A stretch of DNA of 64,000 nucleotides from Prorocentrum cordatum. Its lineage: Eukaryota. Numbering within the stretch: the stretch's first letter is position 1; every line of letters begins with the position of its first letter. The stretch spans positions 1,302,001 to 1,366,000 of the forward strand of contig CAUYUJ010000002.1 of the NCBI GenBank assembly GCA_963575745.1, given 5' to 3'. Shown here in pieces: positions 35,227 through 48,350 of this stretch. Below the pieces are notes generated by a model. It made no database searches. It saw only the letters and a program-made list of their open reading frames with translations, and had not been told where the DNA came from. A program made the translations under genes and the position numbers.

Positions 35227-36786
35227 CTTGGGGGGGCTTCAATTGCGCGGTGCGTTTTCGGAACTCGGGCAACGTCTTGCGAAATGGCCGCGACCGTCGC
35301 CTGTCGCGGACCGTCTTGCCATCGGCATCAATGTAAATCGTTAACTCGTTGATGGGTGAAGATGTAACATCTGCCCGCCAAGGTGCAAACGCGCCCCCCC
35401 CTCGCCGTCTATGTTATTCGCGTAGTCCAGAGACCAAAGCATCTCTGAATATGCCTTCTCCTGTGCCCCTTGCCCCTTCGACTTTGCCAAGGGTTTGGGG
35501 CGTCTGCCAATGGGCGCGCACCCGCTTCTGCGTTGAGTTCGCGCGAAACTTCAACCGCCTCCTCGGGCGGCGCAATGCCCGACCCCCATCGATCTCGAGA
35601 TTCACTCTTTCGGGGCCAGCGAACGCAGGCATCTCCAAAAACGCGCCGACTGAACGCGGGGCAACGCCTTTAAAAAGCACGAGTCTCCAGGTAAACTCGG
35701 CGCACCGGCCGCGCGGCGACGATTCGGTCTCCGCTGCCGTCTTCCTCGCGGCCCCCTCGCGCCCCGCTCAACCGCGCGCGGAAAAACTGGCGCGACCGGC
35801 GCACCTTGCCCGGGCGCCTGAAACGCACGCCCGCGCGACGACCCCCCTGCCCAACCCCCGGCGCGGCGGGGGCGCCGGCTTCGGCGGGGCAAATGGTTTC
35901 ATTGCTCGACTCAACTTGTACTTTGCGTCGTCTAAGATCAGGCATAATCCCCTCGGGCGCCCCGGCCCCCTCCCCGACGCGAGCGCCCCCCTCGCCACAC
36001 GCGTCGCTGCCCTCGCCCTCGCCCCCGCCCGCCCCCCCCCGGACTCACGACTGGGCCCCGACCGGGGCTGGCGGGCCCAGCCGGACTCGGCGGGGCAGGC
36101 CCGCCGCTATAGCCACCTGCCCGGAGGCGCCGCCCCGACCATTAACAGCCTTCCTCTGCCCCTGCCCCCCCCCTCTGACTCGCCGCCCCCGCCGGGGCCC
36201 GCGCGACGGACTCTCGCGCGATGCGACCCGAAGCCCAATTGCCCCGGGCGGCGCCGCGGTCGCATTGACGCCGCACTCGCGCGAAACAGACTTCCTCTTT
36301 CCACCAGGCCTTGCCTGCCAACTCCCCTCTCCGCCGCCTGGCGCTGCGCCCTCCACCCCAGCGCCCGTTAACTGGCCCAGGCAGTGGGGCGGCCCCACTT
36401 CCATCGGCAACTTCGCCCAGCACGACGCTGTGGCACCCCTGCCCTGGCAGAGGCAACTCCAGCTAATGCGCGGGCTCTCCGCGGCCTCCTGCCCCCCCAT
36501 CGGCCGGAGGCGACCTCGTTGGCGTTCGCGGGGCCACAGGCCACAATGCGACCATTCTCGCCGCTTCTTCAACGCCCCCTCTCGCAGATCGGCGCACATC
36601 CTCCGTCGCCCCCCATGCCAAGCTCGGGGCAATGTGCCCAAAACTTCCGCGCATGTACCGCGTGGGTCACTTGCCCGTTCCTCTCCTGACTTGATTCGCG
36701 CCGCCAGTCCCGGCCACGTCCCCCGCGCCCCGCGACCAGCAGTTGCCGGCCTCGTCGTAATAACCTGCCCCATGGCCGCTGGTGTC

Positions 36787-37510
36787 TTATATTTCCACCG
36801 TCGTCATCGTTGACTCTGTCGATGCCAAATGCATCGGCGCTCTCCGTATCGGATCGATGATGTTATTCCTCGTCCAATCCTTGAACTCAGCGGATCGACT
36901 GCGGTAGGTGTCGATGCCCCGGGGTATTGGGGCAAACTTGTTGCCAGGGCAGTGGTAACGAACAGGCATGTCAGGGTATTACGGTATTACGAACGCGCTC
37001 TACTGTACGAGTTGTGCAAAAACCTCCTTAAGTTTATTCGGCATGTCAGGCTTCATGGTACGACCCACCTTCTGCGACTGTGTAAATCTGGTCACCTCCG
37101 TATACCCTGTGTAAATTTTGTGACAAAGCACCAACCCGTCTCCTTCATGTAGACCCTTCGAGATTCCCGGACGGCCCTTCTCCCAAGATTCTGTCGTTGA
37201 ACAAATACCAAAGGTCGTCGTCCAGCTTATCGGAATCACCGCCATGTAACTCGTAACCCTTATTTGCATCGTCGTCTTGCTTCTCCTTTGCCTGCGAAGC
37301 TGGCAAAGGAACTACCAGAGGGTGAAGCTTCCGTTCGCTATCTGCATAAAAACGATGGTCCTCGTCATCGGGTACGGCTCCATACACGGTTCCAAGTCAA
37401 TCCCTTGCATCATTGAATTCTTTCCGATAGTCAAGTGGTACCTGCGCGAATACGTTCATGAATTTCACGCCCATTCCCTGAAAGCGGCTCTGTCGCCGTA
37501 GAAGCCTTAA
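36787..37510 (-). pseudogene. Decayed coding-like segment of unknown identity
   Basis: Consecutive minus-strand ORF pieces with ordinary protein composition, separated by stops and a frameshift. No motif recognised. Confidence 0.3.
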
Positions 37511-38415
37511 CGCAATACATGAACATCCCATCTTCTCCCTCCTCCACCTTCTGTCCTCCTCCTCCTCCTCAACCTCCTCCTCCTCCTCCTCCCCCTTCTC
37601 CACCTCCCCCTCCTCCCCATATCCCTTCTCATCCACCCCCCTCCCCCCTCCTCCTCCCCCTCGCGTCCGTTCCCCTCGTCTTCCTTCTCCCCCCTTCCTC
37701 TCCACCGCCCCCTCCGCCCCTAGTCCCTGTGAATAACTCCTCCCTGTCGTGCCCCGACACCGGTCGGTAGGGCGGACCTGGCCGTTTCATGATCGTCGTG
37801 GAACTTGAAATTTGCGACAGCCTCACGGATGGAAAGCGGATCGTTTTCGAAATGCGTCTTTCGCATCAGCGCCGCGCACACGCGCTTAAACTTCGCCAGG
37901 GCTTCACGGATGAAGGGCGGGTGTTCAAAGTGCGTTCTTCGCCTTGGCGCCGCGTGGAAGGCGACTCCATATTCAGAAGTTGGTTATCGTTTCAGTGACG
38001 CGCGCATTTGTTAAATTACCCTGCGACGTTCCCAACCCAATGGCATCAAGTGGCAAGCGGATCAGGGAAACATGAGCAGGAACCGTGACAGCGCAGGCGC
38101 GGCGATTTGCAATGCGACCTACATGGGATGCGAAATTATGCACGACTCACCGAACAGCAATCGATAAGACGAGGAGTAGGTCTCAAGGCTTGTTAAACAA
38201 TACCGGGGGCGGGAACGAGGGGCAAGAGAAGGGCGAACCTAATGGGAAGGGGCGAGGAGCCATCGTGGCAACAGCAGCATGAATGCATAAGGTGACAGGA
38301 GGACTAGGGCGGCGATGATGAAAGAGGAAGGAGGAAGCAAGAGACTGTTTCGTTTTTGCAGGAGCTCGGTCAACGCATGCCTGCTGCCTGTCCACAGGAT
38401 CATACCTGCTTATAT

Positions 38416-39090
38416 CTAGTGCAATAAGCGATCGAGACCTAGCTCGCGCGCCAGCTTCTCTGCCTCCTTCCTGCATGTTGCCGTGCGGGAACTGAACTTC
38501 CGCAGTTTCTCTGCAAGGTCTGCCGGTGGGCCGCGGGCGAGAAAGTCAAGGCAGGGGTCGCACACCATCAGTAAGTTGTCTATCGTCGTCGCCCTGGGCA
38601 GCATCACGTAGACGCGCAGCCATAGTGCGTCCAGGTCGTTCGCATCCTTGCACCCTGCGTCAACAATGACTCCGCGGTGCATGGTGCGGCCCTGGCAGGC
38701 AGTGGACGTCAGGACCTCGGCGTGGAAGATGACGAAGCCAGCGCGCGTGACCTTGTACTTGCGGAGGTCGAACGGGCTCGAGCTCGGTGGCTCGATGAAG
38801 ACGAGGCCCGCAACGTTCGCAGCGTCGATGCTGTCATCGAGCTCCTTGAGCTTCTTTCCGCAGGGGCCACCCTTGTACTTGTCCATGCGCACCCACACGC
38901 CGTACGGCAGGTACCGCAGGTACGCCCGACCTCCCTCGGCCTTCGCTCTCTCCACCACGCCCTCATCCTTCGGGTTGATGGCCACGTGCACGACCTCGCC
39001 CTCGGCGTCCTTGACGAGCCCCTTGTCGAGGTCCAGGTGCTCCAGCAGTCGTATGCGCATGCCCACGTGCAGCGGCTGCATCCCGTGAAT
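38416..39090 (-). pseudogene. 3' half of Pif1-like helicase, intronless, open to the stop codon
   Basis: LHVGMRIRLLEHLDLDKGLVKDAEGEV, LTSTACQGRTM and VYVMLPRAT. The C-terminus LARELG is shared with H1. Confidence 0.9.
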
Positions 39091-39961
39091 GGGCCCCTCA
39101 GCAGCCCTCGAAAGTGGCGACAGCTCCACAAATCGCAGCCCCTCAGGGATTGCGAGGTCTAATCTGAGTCTGCGGTGAGTACCCACTGTGCTGGGCCCCT
39201 CAGCAGCCCTCGAGCTTCACAGATCGCAGCCCCCCAGGGATGGCGAGGTCTAATTTGAGTCTGCGGTGAGTACCCACTGTGCTGGGCCCCATCAGCAGCC
39301 CTCGAAAGTGGCGACAATTTCACAGATCGCAGCCCCCCAAGGACGGCGAGGTCTAATCTGAATCTGCGGTGAGTACCCAGTGTGCTGGACCCCTCAGCAG
39401 CCCTCGAAAGTGGCGACAGTTTCGCATATCGCAGCCCCCCAGGGATGGCGAGATCTAATTTGAGTCTGCGGTGAGTACCCACTGTGCTGGGCTCCTCAGC
39501 AGCCCTCAAAAGTGGCGACAGTTCCACAGATCGCAGCCCCCCAAGGATGGCGAGGTCTAATCTGAGTCTGCGGTGAGTACCCACTGTGCTGGGCCCCTCA
39601 GCAGCCCTCGAAAGTGGCGACAGCTTCACAGATCGCAGCCCCACAGGGATGGCGAGGTCTAATTTGAGTCTGCGGTGAGTACCCACTGTGCTGTGCCCCT
39701 CAGCAGCCCTCGAAAGTGGCGACAGTTTCACAGATCGCAACCCCCCAGGGATGGCGAGGTCTAATCTGAGTCTGCGGTGAGTACCCACTGTGCTGGACCC
39801 CTCACCAGCCCTCGAAAGTGGCGACAGTTTCACGGATCGCAGCCCCCCAGCGATGGCGAGGTCTAATATGAAGCCCCGTAAGACGTCACTCTGCTCGCCC
39901 CACAGCAGCCCTCGAAAGTGGCGACAGTTTCACAGATCGCAGCCACCTAAAGATGGCGAGG
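39091..39961. repeat. 102-bp tandem array, ~8.5 units
   Basis: GCGAG(G/A)TCTAAT recurs at 39152, 39243, 39346, 39448, 39550, 39652, 39754 and 39856. Confidence 0.97.
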
Positions 39962-41243
39962 TGGAGGGAAGAGAGGAGCAAGGGAGGAGAGGAGGAGGGA
40001 AGATAGGAGAAGGGAAGCAAGAGAGGGGAGAGGAGGAGGGAAGAGAGGTGGAGGGAGGCGGGAGGAAGGAGTGGAGACCGCAATGCTCTATTCAAAACGA
40101 GTGCCCAACGCAGGAGGGTTGGGAAAAATGTGTAATGCTTCGCTGGTGGATGGCAACTTGTTTTCAATGTGTGGCTCTCGCCCGAGCACCGTGCACATTC
40201 GTCTTCACACATATTGCAAGAGCTTCACGGATCGAGGGCGGCTCCTTCCTCAAAATGTTAATCGAACGTGGTTTTCCTTCAGCATCGCGTACATGCGATT
40301 TGAACCGTTGCAATAGTTTGCCGGATTCCAATGGCTAGGATCCAAGAGACGGTGCTTCGGAAGGATGCAGGACTGTCATGTCAGGGCGCAGCAGTTGCTA
40401 TCACTCGCGGTGTTGGAGTCCCACGGACGGCGAATTTGCACGATTCAGGATTGTCCAGGCGCAAAGGAAATGTGATGCGTGGCGTTGACGTCCCAGGACT
40501 GGTGCTGGCACGCTTCAAGATTTTCACACGGTTGTCTGCCAACGGGGAACTTCCCCCAGTGGATGTGACTTCTTGTAGGGGCCTGTGGAAAAAGAAGCGT
40601 GAAGGGAGGGTTTCGCGCAACATCGTTGAGGAGTCTTGGGTTTGCACTGGTCCTCCTCCTCCTGCACAACGACGGCGACGACCTCCTCCTGGCGGGGCGG
40701 CGCCTGCTTGGTGCCCGGGAAGAGCAAAGGGTCGGCCATGACCGGGGGGAGGCGGGGGGGCGGTCCTCCCCTCCGCCGCGAGCCCCGCGCGCCTCGAGAC
40801 GCACCCCTCCCTTCAAGCCACGGCGAGAGGGATCTGAGGGCTGCTTTCGGCCTCCTGGGGGGAGGAGGGAGAGGGTGCAGTAGGATGGTGGAGGCAAGGG
40901 GGTTTAAGAGCAATGAGGAGGCTGAGGAGGAGGAACAAGACGGAGGGATGGGTAGGCGGAGGGAGAGGACGGACAGGGCAGGGAGAAGGGGAAGGAGGTG
41001 GAGGAGAAGGAGGACGGAGAGGATGAGGGGGAGGAGAGAGACCCAAGGGAGGAGGAGCTTCGGAGAAGGCCAAGTATCCCCGAGAAAGCTCCGTCATCGA
41101 TCATATTCGAATCCACGCACGGTGCGGGAGGCCCGCTGCGAGACGCGCAACTCGGCCGAAACCCGCCGTCTCGCAATCCGAGTGCCCACATCCGATTGAC
41201 CCTCTCCGACTCGTGCGAAGGACGCAGTGCGGGCGCTGTCGGG

Positions 41244-41274
<31 letters not shown>

Positions 41275-41989
41275 TGCAACAGAGAGGAGGAGCATGGAGA
41301 GTGCCAACGGCTGGAGCACCGACGACGGCAACGACACGCCCAGTAGCGGCGTCTGGGGCAACTCGAGCAGGTAGCGAACAGGACAACACGAGGACTCGCA
41401 GCACATGGTGCACCAGGGATCAGGGCGGCGAAGAGGCTCTGAGCAGGAGACAGCACGAAGAACGATGCCTCTGAAAAATAGGTCCTGAGCTGTTTTGCCA
41501 CGCTCAGTCACTTGGGCGCCCTTACCAGGCCCTGGGGCCGTGAAGAAGCGGCTCAGGACCCGGACATCCGACGTCATCTCTGTTGCACACGGCGGACCCC
41601 AGGAGAAGCTAGACCCTCTTTCCCAAGAGCCGGCCTTCCACCCAGAGACTCTGCCCGACGGTCGGGAAGTGGAGCGGCAGGCCGAGGAGCAGCAGGGGGA
41701 GGCGGAACACTCTTGCTGTGCTGCTGGTCTTTCTCACCGCCGCCGGGCGGCGGGGAGAGGACTCAGTCTTCCGCGCCAGACAGCTCGCCGAACAGCGGGG
41801 CCAGGCCCTCGCACGGCCCCTCGTCGCCGTCGTCGCCGTCCTCCGCCGCGCCCTCCGCCGCGCCCTCCGCCGCAGCCGCGAGCCGATCGATGGCCAGCCT
41901 GGCGGGCGGGGCGCGGTTGCCGCCGCCTGCCTGCCTGCAGCTGCTGCCGCCGCCCTCTCTCGGCCTGCCCCTCCACCTTCGCATGCGCC

Positions 41990-43118
41990 TCCTCCTTGTG
42001 CCCACCTCCTCCTCCCCACCCTACCCCGCCGCCTCCTCCCCATCTCTCTCCATTTCCTCCTTCTCCTCCTCCACGTTCCCCGCTGTCTAGTGTTCCTCCT
42101 CCTCCTCCTCCTCCTCCTCCTCCTCCTCCCCTTCCTCCTCTTGTCGCTCCTCTCCGTGCCCCTCCTCCTTTTCCTGCCCTCCTGCCTGCCCCCCTTTCCC
42201 TCCTCCCTCCTCCTCCTCCTCCTCCTCCTCCTCCTCCTCCTCCTCCTCTTCCTCCTCCTCCTCCTCATTCTCCTCCTCCTCCTCCTCCTCCTCCTTCTCA
42301 TCCTGTTGCTCGCTGAGCTTCGCGGAAACGCCTGGCGACGTCCTCGAAGGCCTGGACGGCACCAGCTCTCGGCGTGCCCGGAGGAGACACGCAGATCCAG
42401 CCGCCGCCTGGGGAGTCGCCGTCGCCTGGTCGTCGTCTGGTCGCCATGGTCGTCTGGTCATCGTCGTCTGGTCGCCGTCGTCCGCCCCTCGTCGTCAACG
42501 TCGACGCCGTCGTCGTCTGGTCGACGTCGTCGTCATCGTCTTTGTCGTCCAGTCCTCGTCGTCGCAGTCGGCACCGTCGGTCCTCGCCGTCGCAGTCGGC
42601 GCCGTAGGGGAGGGGGGGGGGCGGCAGTGAGGGAGGGAAGGGGAAGGGGGAGGGGGGAGGAGGGAAGGAGGCGGGAGGAGAGGGCAGGGGCGGGGGGGGG
42701 GAAGGGGAGGAAGGGAGGAGGGGAAGATGGGAAAAATGTGATTAAGGGACGAGGGATGGGGATTCTCAAAAGAGGCAAGGGGGAGACCAGAGGCGAGCCT
42801 TCTCCTGATACCCCCTGCCCTGTTGTTGCTACTCCTTCTCGTGCTCCCCATTCTCCCCCGGGGCGGGGAGTGGACAGGGAGAGAGATAGAGCGATACAGA
42901 GGCCAAGGATACGAGGAGAAAAAGGAGGAGGAGGAGGAGGAGGAGGAGGAGGAGGAGCAGGAGGGCGGCGAGGAAAGGGGGTGGGCGGGAGGGCAGGGCC
43001 TTCTCTTGTACCTCACTGGTTACCATCAACCCTCTGTTCTCGCCCCCCCCCTTGGAGGAGAAAGCGGGAACGAGAGAGAGAGAGAGAGCGAAAGAGAGAG
43101 AGAGAGAGAGCGAGAGAC

Positions 43119-43149
<31 letters not shown>

Positions 43150-43530
43150 GAAGGCAGGAGAGGAGGGGGAAAATGTGGGAGGAGGGGGGGCAGGGGAATG
43201 AGAGAAGGAGGGGGGAATGTGGGAGGCAGGAGAGGAGGGAGGAAATGGGGAGGAGAAGGGGGGGAGAGAGAGAGAGAGAGAGACAGGGGGAAGGATGGAG
43301 GGGACGGCGTCCGGGAGGGGGGAAGCACGACCGGAGGATTTTGGGAGGAGGGCGGTAGCGGGGAAGGAGCATGGGGGAGCAACAAGACGTGACAAAGAAG
43401 GGAGCAGGGGGGAAGCTGCGCGAGGGAGAGCAGCGGGACGAGCGCGAGGCGCAGAGCAAGCCAGGATAGGACGAGGAAGAAAACAAAACGAGTAAAGCTT
43501 GAGAACGAGGAGGAGGAGGAGGAGGAAAGA
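41990..43530. repeat. Compound low-complexity region: (CCT)n, (GTC)n, (GAG)n, (GA)n
   Basis: Direct inspection. Confidence 0.93.
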
Positions 43531-44952
43531 TCAAGCAGACTGAGCAACCCGACTGACTTCTCAACGAAGGTTCGGAGTTACGTGAAAGACAGCCACGCAA
43601 AGGGGTCCAGCTCAACTGTTCCCCTGGGGCGAAACAAGAATAATTGACGTTTGACTCAGGCTCTTGGAACCTCAACCATTCCTTGGTAGGAGGCCCAGGA
43701 GTCGAGAAGGTAGACGAGGTCGACCCGATACGATGCAAAGGCGTTGGAACTCGCTTGCCTCTGATGCGAACCCCCATCTGAAACACGGCTTAATGCAGCA
43801 GGATGCTCAGTGGCCGGGAGCGCCAACAGGAAGATGCCACTTGATTCCAGTATCAAAGACTTGACGTTGCACTAGTGGACCACGTCGTGAAATTTTCAAA
43901 GGCGGACCAACAGCTACGTCGAAAGACGCCACTCTTGATGTAACACAAGGAACACGTCGACGTGGACCCTGGAGAAAACGGTGTTGAGTAGATTAGCTAT
44001 ATACATGGATTGTGGAACGGGCGGTAGCCATCATTCTGCCTGCTGCCTCGTGCCTGCGGCATACATTCATCCACAAGCTTCAATCGATCACACACGTACT
44101 GGCAATGTAATTCCCTGGGCAATTACTTGCGATCAACTGCCCCATCACTATTGCTAGGCTGGTCGGCCAAGACCGAATCTCTGCCATCACGGACAAAGAT
44201 GCAAATCTCGATGTTGTCGCACTGCTGCCTACGCCCAAATATGGCGAAACTTGCCCGGCCCTGCGCCAGAGAAACAGCGTGAACGTGAACGGGCCCATCG
44301 AAACGAAGGCGATTCTAGAAGAGAGAACCTCATCATTGCCTGACATGTGCTTGTGGGAGGAACCGTGCTTCTCATCGGATACCCCCCTGCAAATCGTATC
44401 CTACTAGCTTCCACTGTTTGCTGCCGACAACATGGATGGTTAAGGGAAGGACAGGGGTAAGACGGCTCTTTGTGATTGAAGGTTGATGCAGTCCGGCTAT
44501 GTCGCTTGCTTCAAAATGGAATCATCAATGAATGTGCGCGCCATTGCGACCAAAGCGTCGGGCTCCGCATCCCCGCTTCCCGCTCTCGGCGCTGTCCGTC
44601 TCCACAACCGCTCGAGAAGGCCCACATTAGCGCCACGAATGTGCAGTCAGCTGAATTAGTTGGAAGAAGACAACAAATACGAAGAAGAAGCAGAAGAAGA
44701 AGAAGAAGGAGGCTCAAATACGCGGCAGAAACACAATTGTCGGAGGTCCGCGTGGAGTGCGAAAGGTGCGGCGTGGGTGGCGCCGCCAAGGGGGCTCCAG
44801 TGCCGATCCAAGAGGTCCACGCGGACCGTCAACAATTTTTGTCGAGGCACTTCTACGCTTAGAACCAATGCGCAGTCCGCCTGCCTCCTCCTCCTCCGCC
44901 TGCCTCCTCCGCATCCTCCTGCTCCTCCTCCTCCTCCTGCTGCTGCTCCTCC

Positions 44953-44983
<31 letters not shown>

Positions 44984-45555
44984 GGCTACCTCACTTCAGT
45001 ACGTCTCGCCGTGGCTGCGCTCTCGCGCGGAAGCTGGGTACGGATGCTCTCTTCCGTCGCCAGGGGGCCCAGACCCTTGAGGGAGGCGCGCGCACGAGCA
45101 ATCGGGGGGATCTACTGTGATGGGCAAATTTTCGACCACCACTACCATGTAGGATGAGGAGGTCCTCACCCTCCTCCTCCTTCTCCTCCTCCTCCCCTCC
45201 TACATATGGTAGTGGTGGTGGAAAATGGGCCTATCATACTGACCCCGGGGCCAATGCGAACCAGGGCCAGCTGGGCCTCGCAGAATCCTGCCAGAGCCTG
45301 CAGGACATGCAGGACAGAACGAAAACAAAACGAGGATACATTCGGGTGAGGATACATCGAGAATCTCTGAGATCCGGCGGCCGTGGAGGATGTCTCGGGC
45401 GCCGTGGCCTTCCCGGAGCGTTCCCGAACGCTCTGAGAGCGTTCCATGACGCCCTGGAGCGGATTCCTCCTTGTCATGGCTCCGTCCGGCAGCACCCTGC
45501 GCTCAAGCCAGTGTCAGTGCGACGCTGGCCCTGCAGGAGCCTGCAAGGTCGAGCG

Positions 45556-45705
45556 TTAGGTCGGGCGTGTCCCCCTACGGGCGGATTCTTGGGGGAAAAA
45601 TCAACATATTCCCACATGGTCCAAAGACTAAACAAAAATCGTCCCCAGATTTTTTGTTGGACTATTTTTGTGCATTCCTCCTGTAGATGGACGGGCCCGG
45701 CTTAA
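45556..45705. mobile_element. MITE family A, copy 2 (150 bp)
   Basis: TTAGGTCGGGCGTGTCCCCCTACGGG...CCTGTAGATGGACGGGCCCGGCTTAA. Flanks GTCGAGCG and ATCTAGCG match at 6 of 8 positions (eroded TSD). Confidence 0.8.
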
Positions 45706-45894
45706 ATCTAGCGCCGTGGCGGACCTCCGTTTGCACTGACGCCCGTCTCTCTCTCTCTCTCTCTCTCTGTCTCGCTCGTGAGCCCCCGCAGAGCGTCGAC
45801 GAGGCGAGGCCCGGCCTCTGCCTTCCTGGCACGCACTGCTGCAGCCAGACCTACAAGCTTCCTCAACAAAAAAAATGAGGCGCCGTTCAAAAAT

Positions 45895-46049
45895 GGGCCC
45901 TGGGGCACACAAGAGATAGTCACATATCCCAGGATTCCCCATGTTTTCGAATACTTGTTGGCTTTCGTTTTCCCCCCACTTGCCAAAGTTTCCAACATTT
46001 TCCTGGGAGCGGACGATTCATTGTGTCTGTGTGTTGTTCCCCCTCCTGA
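45895..46049 (+). repeat. Dispersed ~155-bp repeat, copy 1
   Basis: Collinear with 57071-57227 (GGGCCC...CACACAA...TTCCCCCCACTT...GACGATTCATTGTGTCTGT...CCCCTCCTGA). Confidence 0.7.
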
Positions 46050-46982
46050 TTTCAAAGTCGAAGCACCCGATAGTTCGGGCCCTTGTCAGAAAGCGCGTTC
46101 TTCCATGCTGCGAGGGCACTGCGGGATGTTGGACACCCCTGCGCGTGGGCCAAGCGTTTCATGCCAGCACTGACGCAACGCCGACCGCGCAAACACCGAA
46201 AACAACACAGTCTGTTTATATTTGACGAGTCTTGCAAGACAGAGGAACGCCCTTCAAGAACATGAGGCCCTCCGCGGGCCGAAACACACATAATATCCAA
46301 GGGTACCTTCCTCAGGATGCACAGGCACATCCAACAAACACGAAGAACCCGGGGGTACCCTCCCTGAACCGACCTCGGTGTTATACCTCGGTCCGACTGT
46401 ACCATGAAAGAGACCAACGGGAGGCCCCCAAGAGAGGGACAACGCGAACCGAAAGCCCGAGCCTTCCGCTCCGAGATGCCCCCAGGATGCCCCCTGGGGC
46501 GCCCAAGAGAACATCGGGAGGGGCGCCACGCAGAACCAAGTTGGCACAACGGAGCCGTAGAGTGGGTAGTTCGGAGCAACATCCTGGCGCAACAGCGCAC
46601 CATTGTAACACATTGCGGCACAGACGCTTGGTGACATCATACCATTGAGACGCTGCCAGCGGCCGAATCGGAACTTTCTGGGGAATCGCCCAAAGACCGA
46701 CTCGCCTGCAAGACCAGAGCGTCGCGGGGCCTGCAAGCAAGAGGAAACGCACTGCGGAAGTTGGTGAGGCGAAGACGGACGCGGAATTGTAGATGCCATG
46801 GGCCACTTGGGCGGTGCCCTGGTGAACTCTCTGCCAGAGCGAGCGCTCAAGAAGAGTGCTGAAGGGGTGTCTTACTGTGCGCGTGCGAAAGCGGAGCGGT
46901 TGCTCTGGGTGGATCACGCCGCGAAGAACGTTCGCGGCCGCAGTGGGCACAGGGTCTCGCTATGCGAATGTGCGCGTTCGTT

Positions 46983-47740
46983 TCTCCCAACCACCCTGTG
47001 GTGTTAGGCCCTCGTTCTGAGGAGACAGACAGTGCCCGGCGTTCCTTCCTTCTTTCCTCCTTGTCCCCCTCCTCCCTCCTCCCTCATCCACCATGCGCCT
47101 CCCGCGCCCAGGAGAACGGTTCGGGGCTGCATGGGGGCTCAACGAAAGCCCCATCGGCTGCATTCGCATGCGGTTCCCCATCCAGAACTGCGTTTCGCGT
47201 CTCCAAAGAGGTCCCCATCGAAAGCCCCAATGGCTGCACTCGCATGGGTTCCCAGGACAGCGCTACGTGGCCCCGTAGGGAGCCCCACCGAGGGCCCCAG
47301 TGGCTGCACTCACATGCGGTTCCTCCACCCAAGACAGCGAGCGCAACGTGGCCCCGTCGGGAGCTCCACCGAAGACCCTGGTGGCTGCACTCGCGTGCGG
47401 TTCCCCCACGCGTGTCGTGGCCCCGTCTGGAGCTCCGCTGAAAGCCACAGTGGCTGCACTCGCGTGCTCTTCCCCCACTCAGACAAGCGTTCCGTGGCTC
47501 TGTATGGAGTCTCCACCGAAGGCCCCATTGGCTGCACTCGCATGCGGTCCCCCCACCCAGGGCAGCGCTACGCGGCCCCATAGGGAGCTCCACCGAAGGC
47601 CTCAGTGGCTGCACTCGCATGCGGCTCCGCTTCTCAGGTCAGCGTTTCGTGGCCTCATCGGGAGCTCCACCGAAGCTCCCAGTGGCTACACTCGCATGCG
47701 GGTCCCCCACCAGGGAAAGCCCTTCGTGGCCCCATGCGGA
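46983..47740 (+). mobile_element. Helentron-like H4: 5' end plus degenerate ~90-bp array, 3' truncated
   Basis: CCCAACCACCCTGTGGTGTTAGGCCCTCGTTCTGAGGAGAC leader at 46986, then GGAGCTCCACCGAAGGCCCCAGTGGC-type units. Confidence 0.7.
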
Positions 47741-47905
47741 ATTTCTTACTCATCCTACTGCCCCTCCTCCTCCTGCTCCTCCTCCCCCCCCTTCTCCTCC
47801 TCCATCCGCGTTTGTGCCACCCTCCCTCTGGCGCCCTCTCCTCCCAATGGACGTGACGGGATTGCAGGCGGCGCATATCATATTTTTTTCGCAACGGAAA
47901 CTTGG

Positions 47906-48350
47906 AAAATTAGCCTGGCAATGGACCCAACCATATGCAGGTGTGGGTTCCGCAATGTTGAATCTCGTCTTCGATGGAGCTCCCGATGGGTCCACGAAAC
48001 GCTGTCCTGGGTGGGAGAACCGTACGCGAATGCAGCCATTGGGGCTTTCGGTGGACCTCCCGATTGAGCCGAGAAACGCGGTCCTGGGCAGGGGAACCGC
48101 ATGCGAGTGCAGCCACCAGGGTTTTCGGTGGAGCTCCCGGCCACGAACCGCTGTCCTGGGCGGAGGAGCAAGTGCAGCCACTGGAGCCTTCGGTGGAGCT
48201 CCCTACGGGGCCAGGAAACGCTGTCCGGGGTGGGGGGACCGCATGCGAGTGCGGTCACTGGGGCCCTCGGTGGGGCATCCGATAGGAACGCAAAGCGCTG
48301 TCCTGGGTGGGGGAACTGCGTGCGCGTGCAGCCGCTGGGGCCTTCGGCAG
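47906..48350 (-). mobile_element. Helentron-like H5: 3' end plus array, 5' truncated
   Basis: Reverse complement reads CTGCATATGGTTGGGTCCATTGCCAGGCTAATTTT, matching the H1 3' end. It is preceded by ~90-bp units. Confidence 0.72.

Larger units (their letters stand above)
38012..40126 (-). mobile_element. Helentron/Helitron2-like element H3 (divergent subfamily)
   Basis: On the minus strand the 5' end is TTTTT-CCCAACCC...GTTGGG (40128-40104), then the shared CTCGTTTTGAA leader, the 102-bp array and the helicase. 3' end is GGGTTGGG (38038-38031)...AGGGTAATTT. Confidence 0.75.

Noticed and set aside
39091..39961. Tandem hammerhead ribozymes (CTGAGG(G/A) ... GAAAC on the minus strand)
   Set aside because: The consensus is CTGAGGG rather than CTGANGA, and I could not build the three flanking stems.
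43640..44460. Another APE endonuclease remnant (GSWNL, AVAIIL)
   Set aside because: Two short peptides in broken frames, with no catalytic motifs confirmed.
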